NCBI GenBank assembly: GCA_045651525.1
Contig: JAZRSO010000004.1
Location: 17,127-81,126 of the forward strand
DNA length: 64,000 bases
Reading direction: 5' to 3'
Source: Candidatus Enterousia sp.
GTDB taxonomy: Bacteria; Pseudomonadota; Alphaproteobacteria; Rs-D84
Below the pieces are notes generated by a model. The model was not told the DNA's origin. It worked only from the letters and a program-made list of their open reading frames with translations, and did not search any database. The position numbers and the translations under genes were made by a program. Shown here piece by piece: positions 8,500-17,609 of the stretch. Positions within the stretch are counted from its first letter, which is position 1. Every line of letters starts with the position of its first letter.

Positions 8500-9355
8500 A
8501 AATGCTGTCAGCGTTTACCCAACGGCCGTCTTTTAATAAACCAGGGGCCATGCCTTCGGTTGAACGCAATGCGTCAATTACACTGCGTGCTTTTTGCGCG
8601 TCCAGATTGATAATGCGAACTTTGAATAAATCGCCTTCGTTTACAACGGCTGTTTCGCCATAAACCTTCATACGGTTTGCCAGTGCATCTGCGCTGTCTT
8701 GGGCGTAAAATGCAGCCAACTGAATGCTGTATGGACCTGATACAGGTGCTGCAACAGTTTCAGTTGCGACAGGTGTTGGTTCTGCGACGACTGTTGTGCC
8801 CAATGTTGCGTTTTTAACAGTGTTTGATTGATCGGCCAAAACCTGGACTTGAACCTTGCCCTGACCTTTCAGACCGATTTGTGCAGCAGCCGCAGATGAC
8901 AAATCGATTAAACGTGAGTTTACATATGGGCCACGGTTGTTGATACGAACAATAACAGATTGACCGTTGTCCAGGTTTGTTACCTGTGCGATTGTTGGTA
9001 ATGGCAATGTTTTGCTGGTCGCCAGCATTTGGTTGCTGTCGAATGTTTCGCCATTGCTGGTCTTTTTGCCATCCAAGTCTGCCGGGATAACACCAGCAAC
9101 ACCTGTTTGATTAAATGTCATATCTTCGGCAGGAATATATTGTACACCTTCAACCTGATATGCGGAACCGATAAAGTATTTTGGACCCGCCGCCAGTAAG
9201 TATGCGTTGTTTAAGTTTTCTGTTGCAGGTGCAGCCATCAATGGTTCTTCGCCAAATGCGTCTGGACCGTATGTGGCGCTGCTGCTGGTTCTGCTGAGGT
9301 CTGTACAACCCGCCAATATTGCGGTCAGTGCCGCCAAAGAGATAAGTTTTTTCAT
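8498..9355 (-). CDS. rlpA: RlpA-family septal lytic transglycosylase lipoprotein (DPBB + SPOR)
   Basis: Lipobox LAGC; TSNGE, TLPLP, VRINNRGPY, RLIDLS; C-terminal SPOR-like IQLAAF. Confidence 0.88.
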   Translation of the reverse strand: MKKLISLAALTAILAGCTDLSRTSSSATYGPDAFGEEPLMAAPATENLNNAYLLAAGPKYFIGSAYQVEGVQYIPAEDMTFNQTGVAGVIPADLDGKKTSNGETFDSNQMLATSKTLPLPTIAQVTNLDNGQSVIVRINNRGPYVNSRLIDLSSAAAAQIGLKGQGKVQVQVLADQSNTVKNATLGTTVVAEPTPVATETVAAPVSGPYSIQLAAFYAQDSADALANRMKVYGETAVVNEGDLFKVRIINLDAQKARSVIDALRSTEGMAPGLLKDGRWVNADSI

Positions 9356-9426
9356 TGTTAAGGACTCCTTCCATTACATTTATGATTTTATTTTATCATA
9401 AAAAAGCCCTGTATTCAAATTTATTT

Positions 9427-10893
9427 TTATGCGTGAATTTTGCGGTCTATCAAGTATGCAACAGGCAGGTATATTATGCCGTATCCGCCAATTGCCAGTC
9501 CCAATACCCATATATTGGAAATCGTAATGGTTGACAGACCCATACCCAGTAATGTCGCCCATGCGCCGAATGCAATAATACTGCGTACTGTGCGTCCGTC
9601 GTGTTTGACAAGTCCGCGTTTGTGACACGCACGCCCCAGTAAATAATTTTTTAGATAACCGCTGACAACAACGCCAATTGGAATCGCCAGATAGCCTACA
9701 ATTGGGAACAATATTAAATACAATACGGCCGCAATACTAAGTGATATAATACTTGTCTTGACAGGTGTTTTAACATCTTGGGCGGCGTATAGTGTTTTGC
9801 TGTATATCTGGCTGACCAGCATCGCGGGTAATACGAAAACCTGAATCATAATTGCCAGTGCAACTGCGTGTGTTGATTCAGATGTCCATGCGCCATATTC
9901 AAACAGAAATTTAATAATTGGTTCTGCCAAGACAAATAAACCCACCACGCATGGCAATATCAGCATCATAGAACGACGCAATGAAGAGTTCTGTTGTATA
10001 TAGACGCTGCGAATATTATTATTAGCCAGCGCATTTGATATAGACGACATCAGAACTGTTCCAACAGCCAATCCAATCATTGCAAATGGTAATTGCACAA
10101 TTCTGTCTGAATAATACAGCCATGATACAGCACCGCTTTGAAAACTGGCGACCAGTGTGCCGACAATAATTGTTATTTGATAGAAACCGTTGCCAACGAT
10201 ACTGACCCCTAGTCTTTTAAACATACTTTTTATCTGTGGGGTCCAGCGTGGCTTAATCAGATACAGTCCAAAGTGATTTCTGCGTATGCGCGACCATAGA
10301 ACGCCGAACTGAATAATTCCAGATAATACAACCGTGCCAGCCATTAGGTACAAGATATGCGTGCTGCCAAACGCCATGGCGAACAGTAATGCACATATCA
10401 ACATAATGTTTAACAATACCGGCATAAATGCTGCCAACAAGAACTTTGAAAATGCGTTTAATATTGCAGACAAGAATGCTGCACCGCATATAAAGATTAC
10501 ATATACAAACATTATACGCGATATAATAACAGTCATTTCCATTTTCCCAGGTGTCGCGTCAAACCCAGGTGCCAATCCCCATACGACCAGTGGCATAAAT
10601 ATTTCAAACAGTATTGTAATGCCCAGTAATATCAGTAATAACCACGAAAAAGCATTACGGGCAAAATGTTCGTCTTTTTTGGAATCTGTGTACATGGGAA
10701 TAAAGATTGCAGACAATGCCCCTTCGCCCAGCAGGTCACGGAACATATTCGGCAACTTGAACGCCGCCAAGAATATATCAGACATGCGCCCTGCCCCCAG
10801 TACGCGCGCAATCAGCATATCGCGAATGAATCCGAATATACGGCTGATACCAGTCATGGCACCAACCCCGAAAATATGTTTGCCTAGTTTCAT
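9427..10893 (-). CDS. murJ: Lipid II flippase MurJ
   Basis: SRIFGFIRD, AFKLPNMFR, GEGAL, DRIVQLP; multi-TM. Confidence 0.95.
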   Translation of the reverse strand: MKLGKHIFGVGAMTGISRIFGFIRDMLIARVLGAGRMSDIFLAAFKLPNMFRDLLGEGALSAIFIPMYTDSKKDEHFARNAFSWLLLILLGITILFEIFMPLVVWGLAPGFDATPGKMEMTVIISRIMFVYVIFICGAAFLSAILNAFSKFLLAAFMPVLLNIMLICALLFAMAFGSTHILYLMAGTVVLSGIIQFGVLWSRIRRNHFGLYLIKPRWTPQIKSMFKRLGVSIVGNGFYQITIIVGTLVASFQSGAVSWLYYSDRIVQLPFAMIGLAVGTVLMSSISNALANNNIRSVYIQQNSSLRRSMMLILPCVVGLFVLAEPIIKFLFEYGAWTSESTHAVALAIMIQVFVLPAMLVSQIYSKTLYAAQDVKTPVKTSIISLSIAAVLYLILFPIVGYLAIPIGVVVSGYLKNYLLGRACHKRGLVKHDGRTVRSIIAFGAWATLLGMGLSTITISNIWVLGLAIGGYGIIYLPVAYLIDRKIHA

Positions 10894-10945
10894 AGTTTAG
10901 ATTATACTGCGTTATGTATTGGAAAATCAAGACAGGAATTAAATT

Positions 10946-11668
10946 ATGAAAAAACTGATAATGTTATGTGGTGTGTTGGCTGTATTGGCTGGGTGCGCTG
11001 GTGGCGACACAGAAATTGTTGCAGATATGCCATTGGCGGATATTTATAAATCTGCATATGATAACTTTAACGATGGTGACTATGAACAGGCGGCAATGGA
11101 TTTCTTGCGTGCAGAAACACAACATCCGGCAAGTGCGTATGCCGCAGATGCGCTGGTTATGGCGGCGTATTCGCAGTACTTAGACGATGATTTCGCAGGT
11201 GCAATATTGACCACAGACAGATTTATGCGATTTCACCCAGGGCACGCAGATGTACCATATGTAATGTATTTGCGCGGAATGTGCTATTACCGTCAGGTCA
11301 GTGACGTTCGTCGTGAACCTGGTATGTCTGCGTACGCATTGCAACAGTTCCAAACACTGGTTCAGCGTTTTCCACGCAGTCCATACGCCAAGAATGCTGA
11401 AAATAAAATAAATATCTTGAAAAACTATATCGCGGGCAAGGTTATGTATTCTGCGCGTAACGATATGCGCAAAGAAAACTGGACCAGTGCGATAAATCGC
11501 TTGCAATCAATCGTGACAGACGCCCAAGAAACCGTCATGCCGGCCGAGGCATTATATCGCCTGACAGAATGTTATACGGCGATTGGATTGCCACAACAGG
11601 CGAACGGTTATGCAGAAATGTTAAAATTAAACTTTCCAGACAACGAATGGACAAAAAAGTTGAAATAA
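10946..11668 (+). CDS. bamD: Outer membrane assembly lipoprotein BamD
   Basis: Lipobox LAGC, TPR helices, RFMRFHP, YVMYLRG, EALYRL. Confidence 0.92.
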   Translation: MKKLIMLCGVLAVLAGCAGGDTEIVADMPLADIYKSAYDNFNDGDYEQAAMDFLRAETQHPASAYAADALVMAAYSQYLDDDFAGAILTTDRFMRFHPGHADVPYVMYLRGMCYYRQVSDVRREPGMSAYALQQFQTLVQRFPRSPYAKNAENKINILKNYIAGKVMYSARNDMRKENWTSAINRLQSIVTDAQETVMPAEALYRLTECYTAIGLPQQANGYAEMLKLNFPDNEWTKKLK

Positions 11669-11692
11669 AATCCCCCATTTGGGGGCTTTTTT
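11667..11692 (+). terminator. Intrinsic terminator after bamD
   Basis: CCCCC-ATTT-GGGGG followed by T tract. Confidence 0.8.
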
Positions 11693-11696
11693 ATTA

Positions 11697-11729
11697 TTGA
11701 AAAAGATGTAAATTTTGATAGAATATAAT
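11697..11729 (+). promoter_or_regulatory. sigma70 promoter of leader element 2
   Basis: TTGAAA-N16-TAGAAT with TGn; overlapping TATAAT at 11724-11729. Confidence 0.6.
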
Positions 11730-11731
11730 TT

Positions 11732-11950
11732 GAACTGACAGGGATGTCGGTTCGGGCCTTAGAAAAGCCAAACAGTTTCGGTGCAAAACGCATCGTAAAT
11801 CCGATGATGTCGGTGTTTTTGCACCGTTATTTTTACCACCCCCGATTATGGTCGGGGTGCCGTTGTAATATATTGAACGCAACGGGGTCACTAAACTGTT
11901 GATTTTTCTAACACCCCGACCGTCATTTCTGTGACGGTTTTTGTTTTGGG
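11732..11950 (+). ncRNA. Structured leader RNA / attenuator candidate, copy 2
   Basis: 5' GNRA hairpin 11732-11753; stems 11759-11766/11904-11911 and 11771-11778/11893-11900 enclosing three hairpins; AATATATTGAA loop 11867-11877; terminator ACCGTCA/TGACGGT plus T tract. Confidence 0.72.
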
Positions 11951-11957
11951 AAAAATC

Positions 11958-12902
11958 ATGCGTAAATTATTGGTTGTTTTATTTGTCTGTATTGTGTTTT
12001 GCGCAAATGCACGTGTGTTGCATGTGGACGATAATGTAATAAAACTGTCACAAACAAAAACAACCGACCCCGCCCTGCACGTCCGTATTGGTGATGAATT
12101 ATGGTATGGGAATATGGGGCGCTGTACACTTCCTATGAACGAAAGCACAGACAAAGAATTAAAAGTAAGATACAATGATACAGATTATTGGGTGTCAGAT
12201 CATACAGGTTATATTATCCAAGATGGAAAATTAACAGATGTATTATGTAATGTGTATTTAATGGGGACAGGGACACAATTGATCGATACATTGCACGTAC
12301 CAACGCTGGTCACACGCAGTGAATTAGAATTAAAATTTTCTGATGACAATAAAAAATCAGATGGACGTGTTATTTTTTTTGGAATCTATGATTTTTATGA
12401 TACAAAATCGTCTTATGGGCTAAATTTTGGTGCGGGCGGACAATATTATGGTATCTATCCATGGATTTGTGCATTTAATGGCGAAGGTGGACCGTCTTGG
12501 TGCAGAAGTTTTGGAAGTCTTAATATTTCACAAAAATTAAAAACAACCAAACAACTGGTTGTTTTAGATGCAAAAAATAATTATGTACAATACGGGAATC
12601 AAACTAAAGTGCTACAAGGTCGTAAAACCACTGAAAAAGAATCTGTTATATTGTTTGGGGGGCGTTATACAGATAAAAATAATAATAAAAAATTGCTCGC
12701 TTATCAGCAAACAGATGCTATGTACATATATTCCACCAAGATATACGAAGATGACGTTCTTGTTCGGCATTTTGTGCCGGTGCCATGTGGGTTAAAAATT
12801 GGGGATTTTGTTGTGCCATCTAATGGCATGTGGGATATTGTAGAACAAAAATTTTATGGCAACATTGGAACTGGTGATTTTATTTATGGCGTGGATAAGT
12901 AA
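11958..12902 (+). CDS. Secreted protein: N-terminal KxTxPAL module + LamG/ConA-like beta-sandwich
   Basis: Signal peptide MRKLLVVLFVCIVFCANA; GTGTQLIDT...VRHFVPV...GMWD..FYGN.GTG motif typical of phage/adhesin lectin-like domains (inferred). Confidence 0.75.
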   Translation: MRKLLVVLFVCIVFCANARVLHVDDNVIKLSQTKTTDPALHVRIGDELWYGNMGRCTLPMNESTDKELKVRYNDTDYWVSDHTGYIIQDGKLTDVLCNVYLMGTGTQLIDTLHVPTLVTRSELELKFSDDNKKSDGRVIFFGIYDFYDTKSSYGLNFGAGGQYYGIYPWICAFNGEGGPSWCRSFGSLNISQKLKTTKQLVVLDAKNNYVQYGNQTKVLQGRKTTEKESVILFGGRYTDKNNNKKLLAYQQTDAMYIYSTKIYEDDVLVRHFVPVPCGLKIGDFVVPSNGMWDIVEQKFYGNIGTGDFIYGVDK

Positions 12903-12906
12903 ATGT

Positions 12907-12934
12907 AAAAAAATCCCCCAATCGGGGGATTTTT
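12907..12934. terminator. Bidirectional intrinsic terminator
   Basis: AAAAAAATCCCCC-AATC-GGGGGATTTTT. Confidence 0.85.
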
Positions 12935-13379
12935 AAGAGATTTTTTCAACGCGTCTGACGCGGCGTTCGCAGTTGTCAAATGGACTTTCCAAAAATGCCT
13001 GAACAGTCAGGAATGCAACCTCGATATCAATGTCGTCTGCGGCCAATGCCAAAACATTTATATCGTCGTGAAATCTGTCGTCGCGTGCCTGGTTCGGTGT
13101 GTTGCAACGTGATGCACGAATGTGTTTATATCTGTTCGCGGCAATCATTACGCCCGCCCCTGTGCCACAGATAATAATACCGCGTGAATTTGGGTCGTCC
13201 AACATTGCATCTGCCAATGTCGCGGCAACATCTGGGTAATCCGCAGATGTGTTCGGATCGTCAACCCCTAAATTTACAGCGTTATATCCAGCTGCAGCCA
13301 ACATTTCGATTAAGTATAATTTCAATCCAACCCCACGATGGTCGGCCGCAACAAAAACACGTGATACATTTTTATTCAT
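12933..13379 (-). CDS. rpiB: Ribose-5-phosphate isomerase B
   Basis: ADHRG, DYPD, ICGTGAG, AANR motifs. Confidence 0.92.
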   Translation of the reverse strand: MNKNVSRVFVAADHRGVGLKLYLIEMLAAAGYNAVNLGVDDPNTSADYPDVAATLADAMLDDPNSRGIIICGTGAGVMIAANRYKHIRASRCNTPNQARDDRFHDDINVLALAADDIDIEVAFLTVQAFLESPFDNCERRVRRVEKIS

Positions 13380-13738
13380 TATTTTTTTCCTTTCTTTTCG
13401 TCTGTGCGTTTAGACAGTTTGCAATCCAGACCTGTGTTGCCTGTGATATTCAATGTGTTATACGCCAATGTGCCGGTCATTTTTGCCGCGTTAAAGACAT
13501 TTGCAGTGTTTACCGTCGCAGAACCGTCCAATGTGCCATGTAAAAATAATACAGGTGCGTTTACGTCGCCAATAACAACGCCACCACGACCAATTACAAC
13601 TGTTTCCGCAGTAATGTTACCCACAACTTCGCCATGGATTTGAACATTGTGGTCTGTTTTTATGTCGCCTGTTAGTTTGCAACCTGCCCCAATGACTGTT
13701 GGTGATTGCTTTTCTGATGCGTTTGTAAATGCCAGCAT
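13379..13738 (-). CDS. Bactofilin (polymer-forming cytoskeletal protein)
   Basis: TVIGAGCKLTGDI...IHGEVVGNI beta-helix repeats; start MLAF at 13738. Confidence 0.88.
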   Translation of the reverse strand: MLAFTNASEKQSPTVIGAGCKLTGDIKTDHNVQIHGEVVGNITAETVVIGRGGVVIGDVNAPVLFLHGTLDGSATVNTANVFNAAKMTGTLAYNTLNITGNTGLDCKLSKRTDEKKGKK

Positions 13739-13739
13739 T

Positions 13740-15020
13740 TTATTTTTCCCCTTGTACAAATTTTGTTGGATCAAATGGTGCGCCCTTGTATCTGATTTCA
13801 TAGTGCAGATGTGGCCCTGTTGAACGACCAGATGAACCCGCCAATCCAATTACTGTTCCTGGTCTGACCCAGTCGCCACGTGATACGTTTATCTGGGACA
13901 AGTGGGCATATAATGTTGTAAAGCCCAAACCGTGGTCAATTTCAACCGTTGTGCCATAACCCACGCGTTCGCCTGCTGATACAACACGACCAGGTGCAAC
14001 CGCCATCAATTCTGTGCCAATTTTGCCCGCAAAGTCAATACCACGATGTTTCTTTGGCTTGCCAGTAAATGGGTCTTTGCGTGTGCCGTAATTTGATGTA
14101 ACACGTGAATTTACAGGTTTGCCCAATGGTAATACTTCGTTCAGGCGACGCAGACCATTCCAACGTTCCAGACCGTCGGCCAGTTTTTGATATTTTTCAT
14201 CTAAATCCTTGTTGAATTCAATAGGTGTAAATGCAGACCCAACCAATGGATTTGAATATTTGTTCACATTTCTGATAAGTGTTTTTTCGTTCAATCCCAG
14301 TGTCGCCAATGTGCCATGAATCTGTTTGATGTTTTTGTTTAATTCGTCTGTCTTTTCTTTGGTTAATGTGTTTACTGTATCAACGATTATGTTGTCAGCC
14401 TCGGCAATTTGTAGCATTGATTCCAACATCTGGGTATTGCGTTTCTTTAATTCGTCGTTTTCTGCGCGTGTCAGTTCGTATTCTGTCGCCAATTCTGACA
14501 TTTTGATATATTCTGGGGCATAATCTTCGTCTTTTAGCATTTCAACAATGCGTGTGCGTAAAAATTCCAGTTCGCCCCATGTTTTACTGCGACTGTTCAT
14601 CAGGGTTTCTTTGTCTTTGTCGGATTTATCCTTGGCGTTCAGGATTTTGTCGTCAATGATATTCAAATCACGTGCCAATGTTGTATATTTCGCCAGATAA
14701 GCTTGTAAATCTGTCATATGACGTGCGTGTGTATCGCGTACCTGTTCCAGTTGCTGGGTGCGCATTTGTAATAACGGACGATGATATACGAAAACGTATG
14801 TTGACCATGTCGCCCACAAGAACAGTCCAACCTTGCCACAAAAGCGTGTAAAACGCCAAAAACTGCTTTGTTCATACGAATATACATTGCCATTAGGCGT
14901 GTCCATAACAGTAAACTGGCGCGGTGGGAACAGACGGCTTATCAATCGCCAAATCGCACGAAATGGTGATGTTATAAATGCCCACAGGGACGTAAAATAT
15001 CTTGTTATAAAGTTTAACAT
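13740..15020 (-). CDS. Membrane-anchored coiled-coil M23 endopeptidase (LmdC-like)
   Basis: TM, coiled coil, HRGIDF, YAHL, STGPHLHYE. Confidence 0.9.
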   Translation of the reverse strand: MLNFITRYFTSLWAFITSPFRAIWRLISRLFPPRQFTVMDTPNGNVYSYEQSSFWRFTRFCGKVGLFLWATWSTYVFVYHRPLLQMRTQQLEQVRDTHARHMTDLQAYLAKYTTLARDLNIIDDKILNAKDKSDKDKETLMNSRSKTWGELEFLRTRIVEMLKDEDYAPEYIKMSELATEYELTRAENDELKKRNTQMLESMLQIAEADNIIVDTVNTLTKEKTDELNKNIKQIHGTLATLGLNEKTLIRNVNKYSNPLVGSAFTPIEFNKDLDEKYQKLADGLERWNGLRRLNEVLPLGKPVNSRVTSNYGTRKDPFTGKPKKHRGIDFAGKIGTELMAVAPGRVVSAGERVGYGTTVEIDHGLGFTTLYAHLSQINVSRGDWVRPGTVIGLAGSSGRSTGPHLHYEIRYKGAPFDPTKFVQGEK

Positions 15021-15700
15021 GTCTGGTATATTCTAGACAACGTATCGGCAATAGTCAAGCCATCACGCAAAATCATATCACAGTTCATAGATATTCCGCG
15101 GTGTAAAACGCTGATTCCGCGTGTGCCAAGTCTGCCCGAAATTAAAACGCGTTCTGCGGTGTTTTTTGCACCAAAAAGTGGTAAAATATTTATATCGCCC
15201 AACTTTTTTGACATTTCTGAAACTGCGCGTGCTGTGGTGGCTGCGTCTGTGATAATACAGAAAGTGCCCATTGGGCGCACACGTGCAACGCAACGCGAAA
15301 TCCATAACGATAAATCTGCGTTATGATGCGCGTTATGCTGTGCCGGCGTACCATTAAAATAAGGTGGGTTTGTTATAACCAAATCAAATGTGCGGTCTGA
15401 TTTCCATGTGGTAATATCTGCATTTATCAATTCAATGTTTGCATTGTTTAATTCTGCATTTGATTTACACTCGTTTAACATTTGTTCTGATATATCAAGG
15501 CCTGTAATCTGGGCGTCTGGATTGTTTGCCAGCAGACACAAAGATGCACCACCGGTGCCAATGCCGACATCCAATACAGTCTTGGCATCCGTTGGTGCAA
15601 ATGCAGCCAGCCACACCGCATCAGATGTTGGATTATAAAAACCACGGTGCATTTTAACGCGCCCGCCCATCAGGGTAAAAATGTCTTGTTTTGTAGTCAT
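15014..15700 (-). CDS. SAM-dependent N6-adenine methyltransferase (TrmN6/YfiC-like)
   Basis: SDAVWLAAF, LDVGIGTG, TNPPY. Confidence 0.82.
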   Translation of the reverse strand: MTTKQDIFTLMGGRVKMHRGFYNPTSDAVWLAAFAPTDAKTVLDVGIGTGGASLCLLANNPDAQITGLDISEQMLNECKSNAELNNANIELINADITTWKSDRTFDLVITNPPYFNGTPAQHNAHHNADLSLWISRCVARVRPMGTFCIITDAATTARAVSEMSKKLGDINILPLFGAKNTAERVLISGRLGTRGISVLHRGISMNCDMILRDGLTIADTLSRIYQTC

Positions 15701-15740
15701 ATCTATTTATAATAAAGTATTCAAATCAAAAGGCAAGTTT

Positions 15741-16727
15741 ATGTTAAATGATATGGCGATTGTACAAAGTGCGGCAAGTGCGTTCAATAATGCAGCGTTG
15801 GTGGCCCCTGCGTTTTTATGGTGGGCGATTTTAATGTTACCGTTATATGTGGCTGTGTATTGGTACGGATGTGATTTTATGATGCGCATTGGTTGGAATC
15901 GTGGCAATTTATTGGCCAAGGTTTCTTTTTGGACTGTGGTGTTTGGGGGCGCATGGACTGTGTTATTTAGTGGTAACTATGCGGTGTTGCGTGATGATTT
16001 GTCTGTTTTGCCAATGTTGACTGCGGTTATTGTCTTTTTATCGTCTTTGTTTGTATCTTCGCATTTACGGGGTGTTGCCCTGCCCCATATGCGCTGGAAA
16101 CAGTGGTTGTTTGTGCTGGCTGTATTGGTAATGGTTGGGTTGTCCGACACGCATGCATGGTGGGGGCCGTTGTTACAGATTTTTGCGTTGTTTGGTGGTG
16201 TGCTGGTTGGGCGTTTCGCAGGCGGTGCAATGCGACCAATGGGCGGAACTGTATTGATTATGATGACGATTATTATTGCAGTCTTAATGCAACCAGAATT
16301 TTTCAGATTTGGTCAGTTGGGTAATTTAACAGTCTTTCATTTATTGGCGATATTGCTGTTTGGAATTGTGTCTGTTGCGACTGTTGTTGTGTCTAATGTT
16401 CGGTCTAAGAATAAAATCCAAGATAGCTTATTCATAAAATTAAAGTGGCTGTGGCGTGTGGCGTGTTTGTTGGGGTGTGCATTATTTATGCTGACCGAGG
16501 CTGTACCAGTTCTGCTGGGGACATTGATTGCGTTTGCGATTATGTTTATAATGTCTGTATGGCATGCAAAAAATATAAACAATGCCCTTGGGGACAAGTT
16601 GTTCGCAGTCAGCTTATTCTTGTTTGGTGTAATCTGTGTTATGCCAGTGGTCAGTGCCATGGGAATTTTGTATTGGTTAAATACTTCTGATTGCAAATTG
16701 TGGCAGGAATCCAAGGTCTTGTTATAA
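15741..16727 (+). CDS. Polytopic membrane protein of unknown function
   Basis: About 10 hydrophobic segments; start MLND. Confidence 0.8.
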   Translation: MLNDMAIVQSAASAFNNAALVAPAFLWWAILMLPLYVAVYWYGCDFMMRIGWNRGNLLAKVSFWTVVFGGAWTVLFSGNYAVLRDDLSVLPMLTAVIVFLSSLFVSSHLRGVALPHMRWKQWLFVLAVLVMVGLSDTHAWWGPLLQIFALFGGVLVGRFAGGAMRPMGGTVLIMMTIIIAVLMQPEFFRFGQLGNLTVFHLLAILLFGIVSVATVVVSNVRSKNKIQDSLFIKLKWLWRVACLLGCALFMLTEAVPVLLGTLIAFAIMFIMSVWHAKNINNALGDKLFAVSLFLFGVICVMPVVSAMGILYWLNTSDCKLWQESKVLL

Positions 16728-16811
16728 TTTGTTATATTTATTTAATACCATTTATTGTCGCAATAATGTATTATTTTAGCAAAATAAACATAAAACCTAA
16801 GGTAATATATT

Positions 16812-17609
16812 ATGACAATACATCCAACTGCTATTATTCACGAAGGCGCTAAAATCGGTGCAGATTGTAAGATTGGGGCATACTGCATTATTGGGCCAAA
16901 TGTTGTGCTGGGTGATCGTGTGGAATTGGTTTCTCATGTCGTTATTGACGGAAAAACATCGATTGGTGATGATTCTATTGTGTACCCTTTTGCAGTACTG
17001 GGCGTAATGAGTCAGGACTTAAAATGGCAAGACGAAGCCGCAATGACAGGTCTGCGTGTTGGTAAGCGTTGCAGAATTCGTGAATATGTAACAATTCATT
17101 CTGGAACACCTGCATCAGATGGTACGGTTATTGGCGATGACTGTCAGATTATGGTTAATGCGCACGTTGGTCATGACTGCAAGATTGGTAACAGTGTTGT
17201 TATGTCTAACCTGGTTCAGGTCGCCGGACATGTAGAGGTTGAAGATTTTGCAATTTTATCTGGTGGTGTAATGGTCTTGCAGTTTGCACGTATTGGACGT
17301 AATGCGTTTGTTGGGGGAATGTCCGGGGTCAGCAATGATGTCTTGCCGTATGCGATTTATGATGGTGCGCGTGCTGTATATCGTACAATCAATCGCGTTG
17401 GCCTGATGCGTCACGGATTTACAAACGAAGATATGCATGCGATTCATTCGGTGTATTCTGCGGTATTCCGCACAGACGAAGGTACTGTTGCAGAACGCTT
17501 GGCCAAGGTTCGTAAAGAAGTAAAAAATAACAAATATGCGATGGACGCGATTGACTTTATTGAAAACCGTTCAAAGCGTGGAATTGGTACATCAAAAAAT
17601 GCAGAATAA
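16812..17609 (+). CDS. lpxA: UDP-N-acetylglucosamine acyltransferase
   Basis: Hexapeptide repeats, QDLK, AHVGHDC, AGHV; adjacent to lpxB. Confidence 0.93.
   Translation: MTIHPTAIIHEGAKIGADCKIGAYCIIGPNVVLGDRVELVSHVVIDGKTSIGDDSIVYPFAVLGVMSQDLKWQDEAAMTGLRVGKRCRIREYVTIHSGTPASDGTVIGDDCQIMVNAHVGHDCKIGNSVVMSNLVQVAGHVEVEDFAILSGGVMVLQFARIGRNAFVGGMSGVSNDVLPYAIYDGARAVYRTINRVGLMRHGFTNEDMHAIHSVYSAVFRTDEGTVAERLAKVRKEVKNNKYAMDAIDFIENRSKRGIGTSKNAE

Noticed and set aside
11694-11891. 65-aa minus-strand ORF, or tmRNA, over leader element 2
   Set aside because: The ORF is antisense to a structured element with no RBS or recognisable product; no tRNA-like acceptor/T-arm or tag reading frame was found.
16756-16781. 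dif-like palindrome upstream of lpxA
   Set aside because: ATAA and TTAT are separated by 4 bp rather than 6 and the XerD arm is poor; more likely AT-rich promoter sequence.
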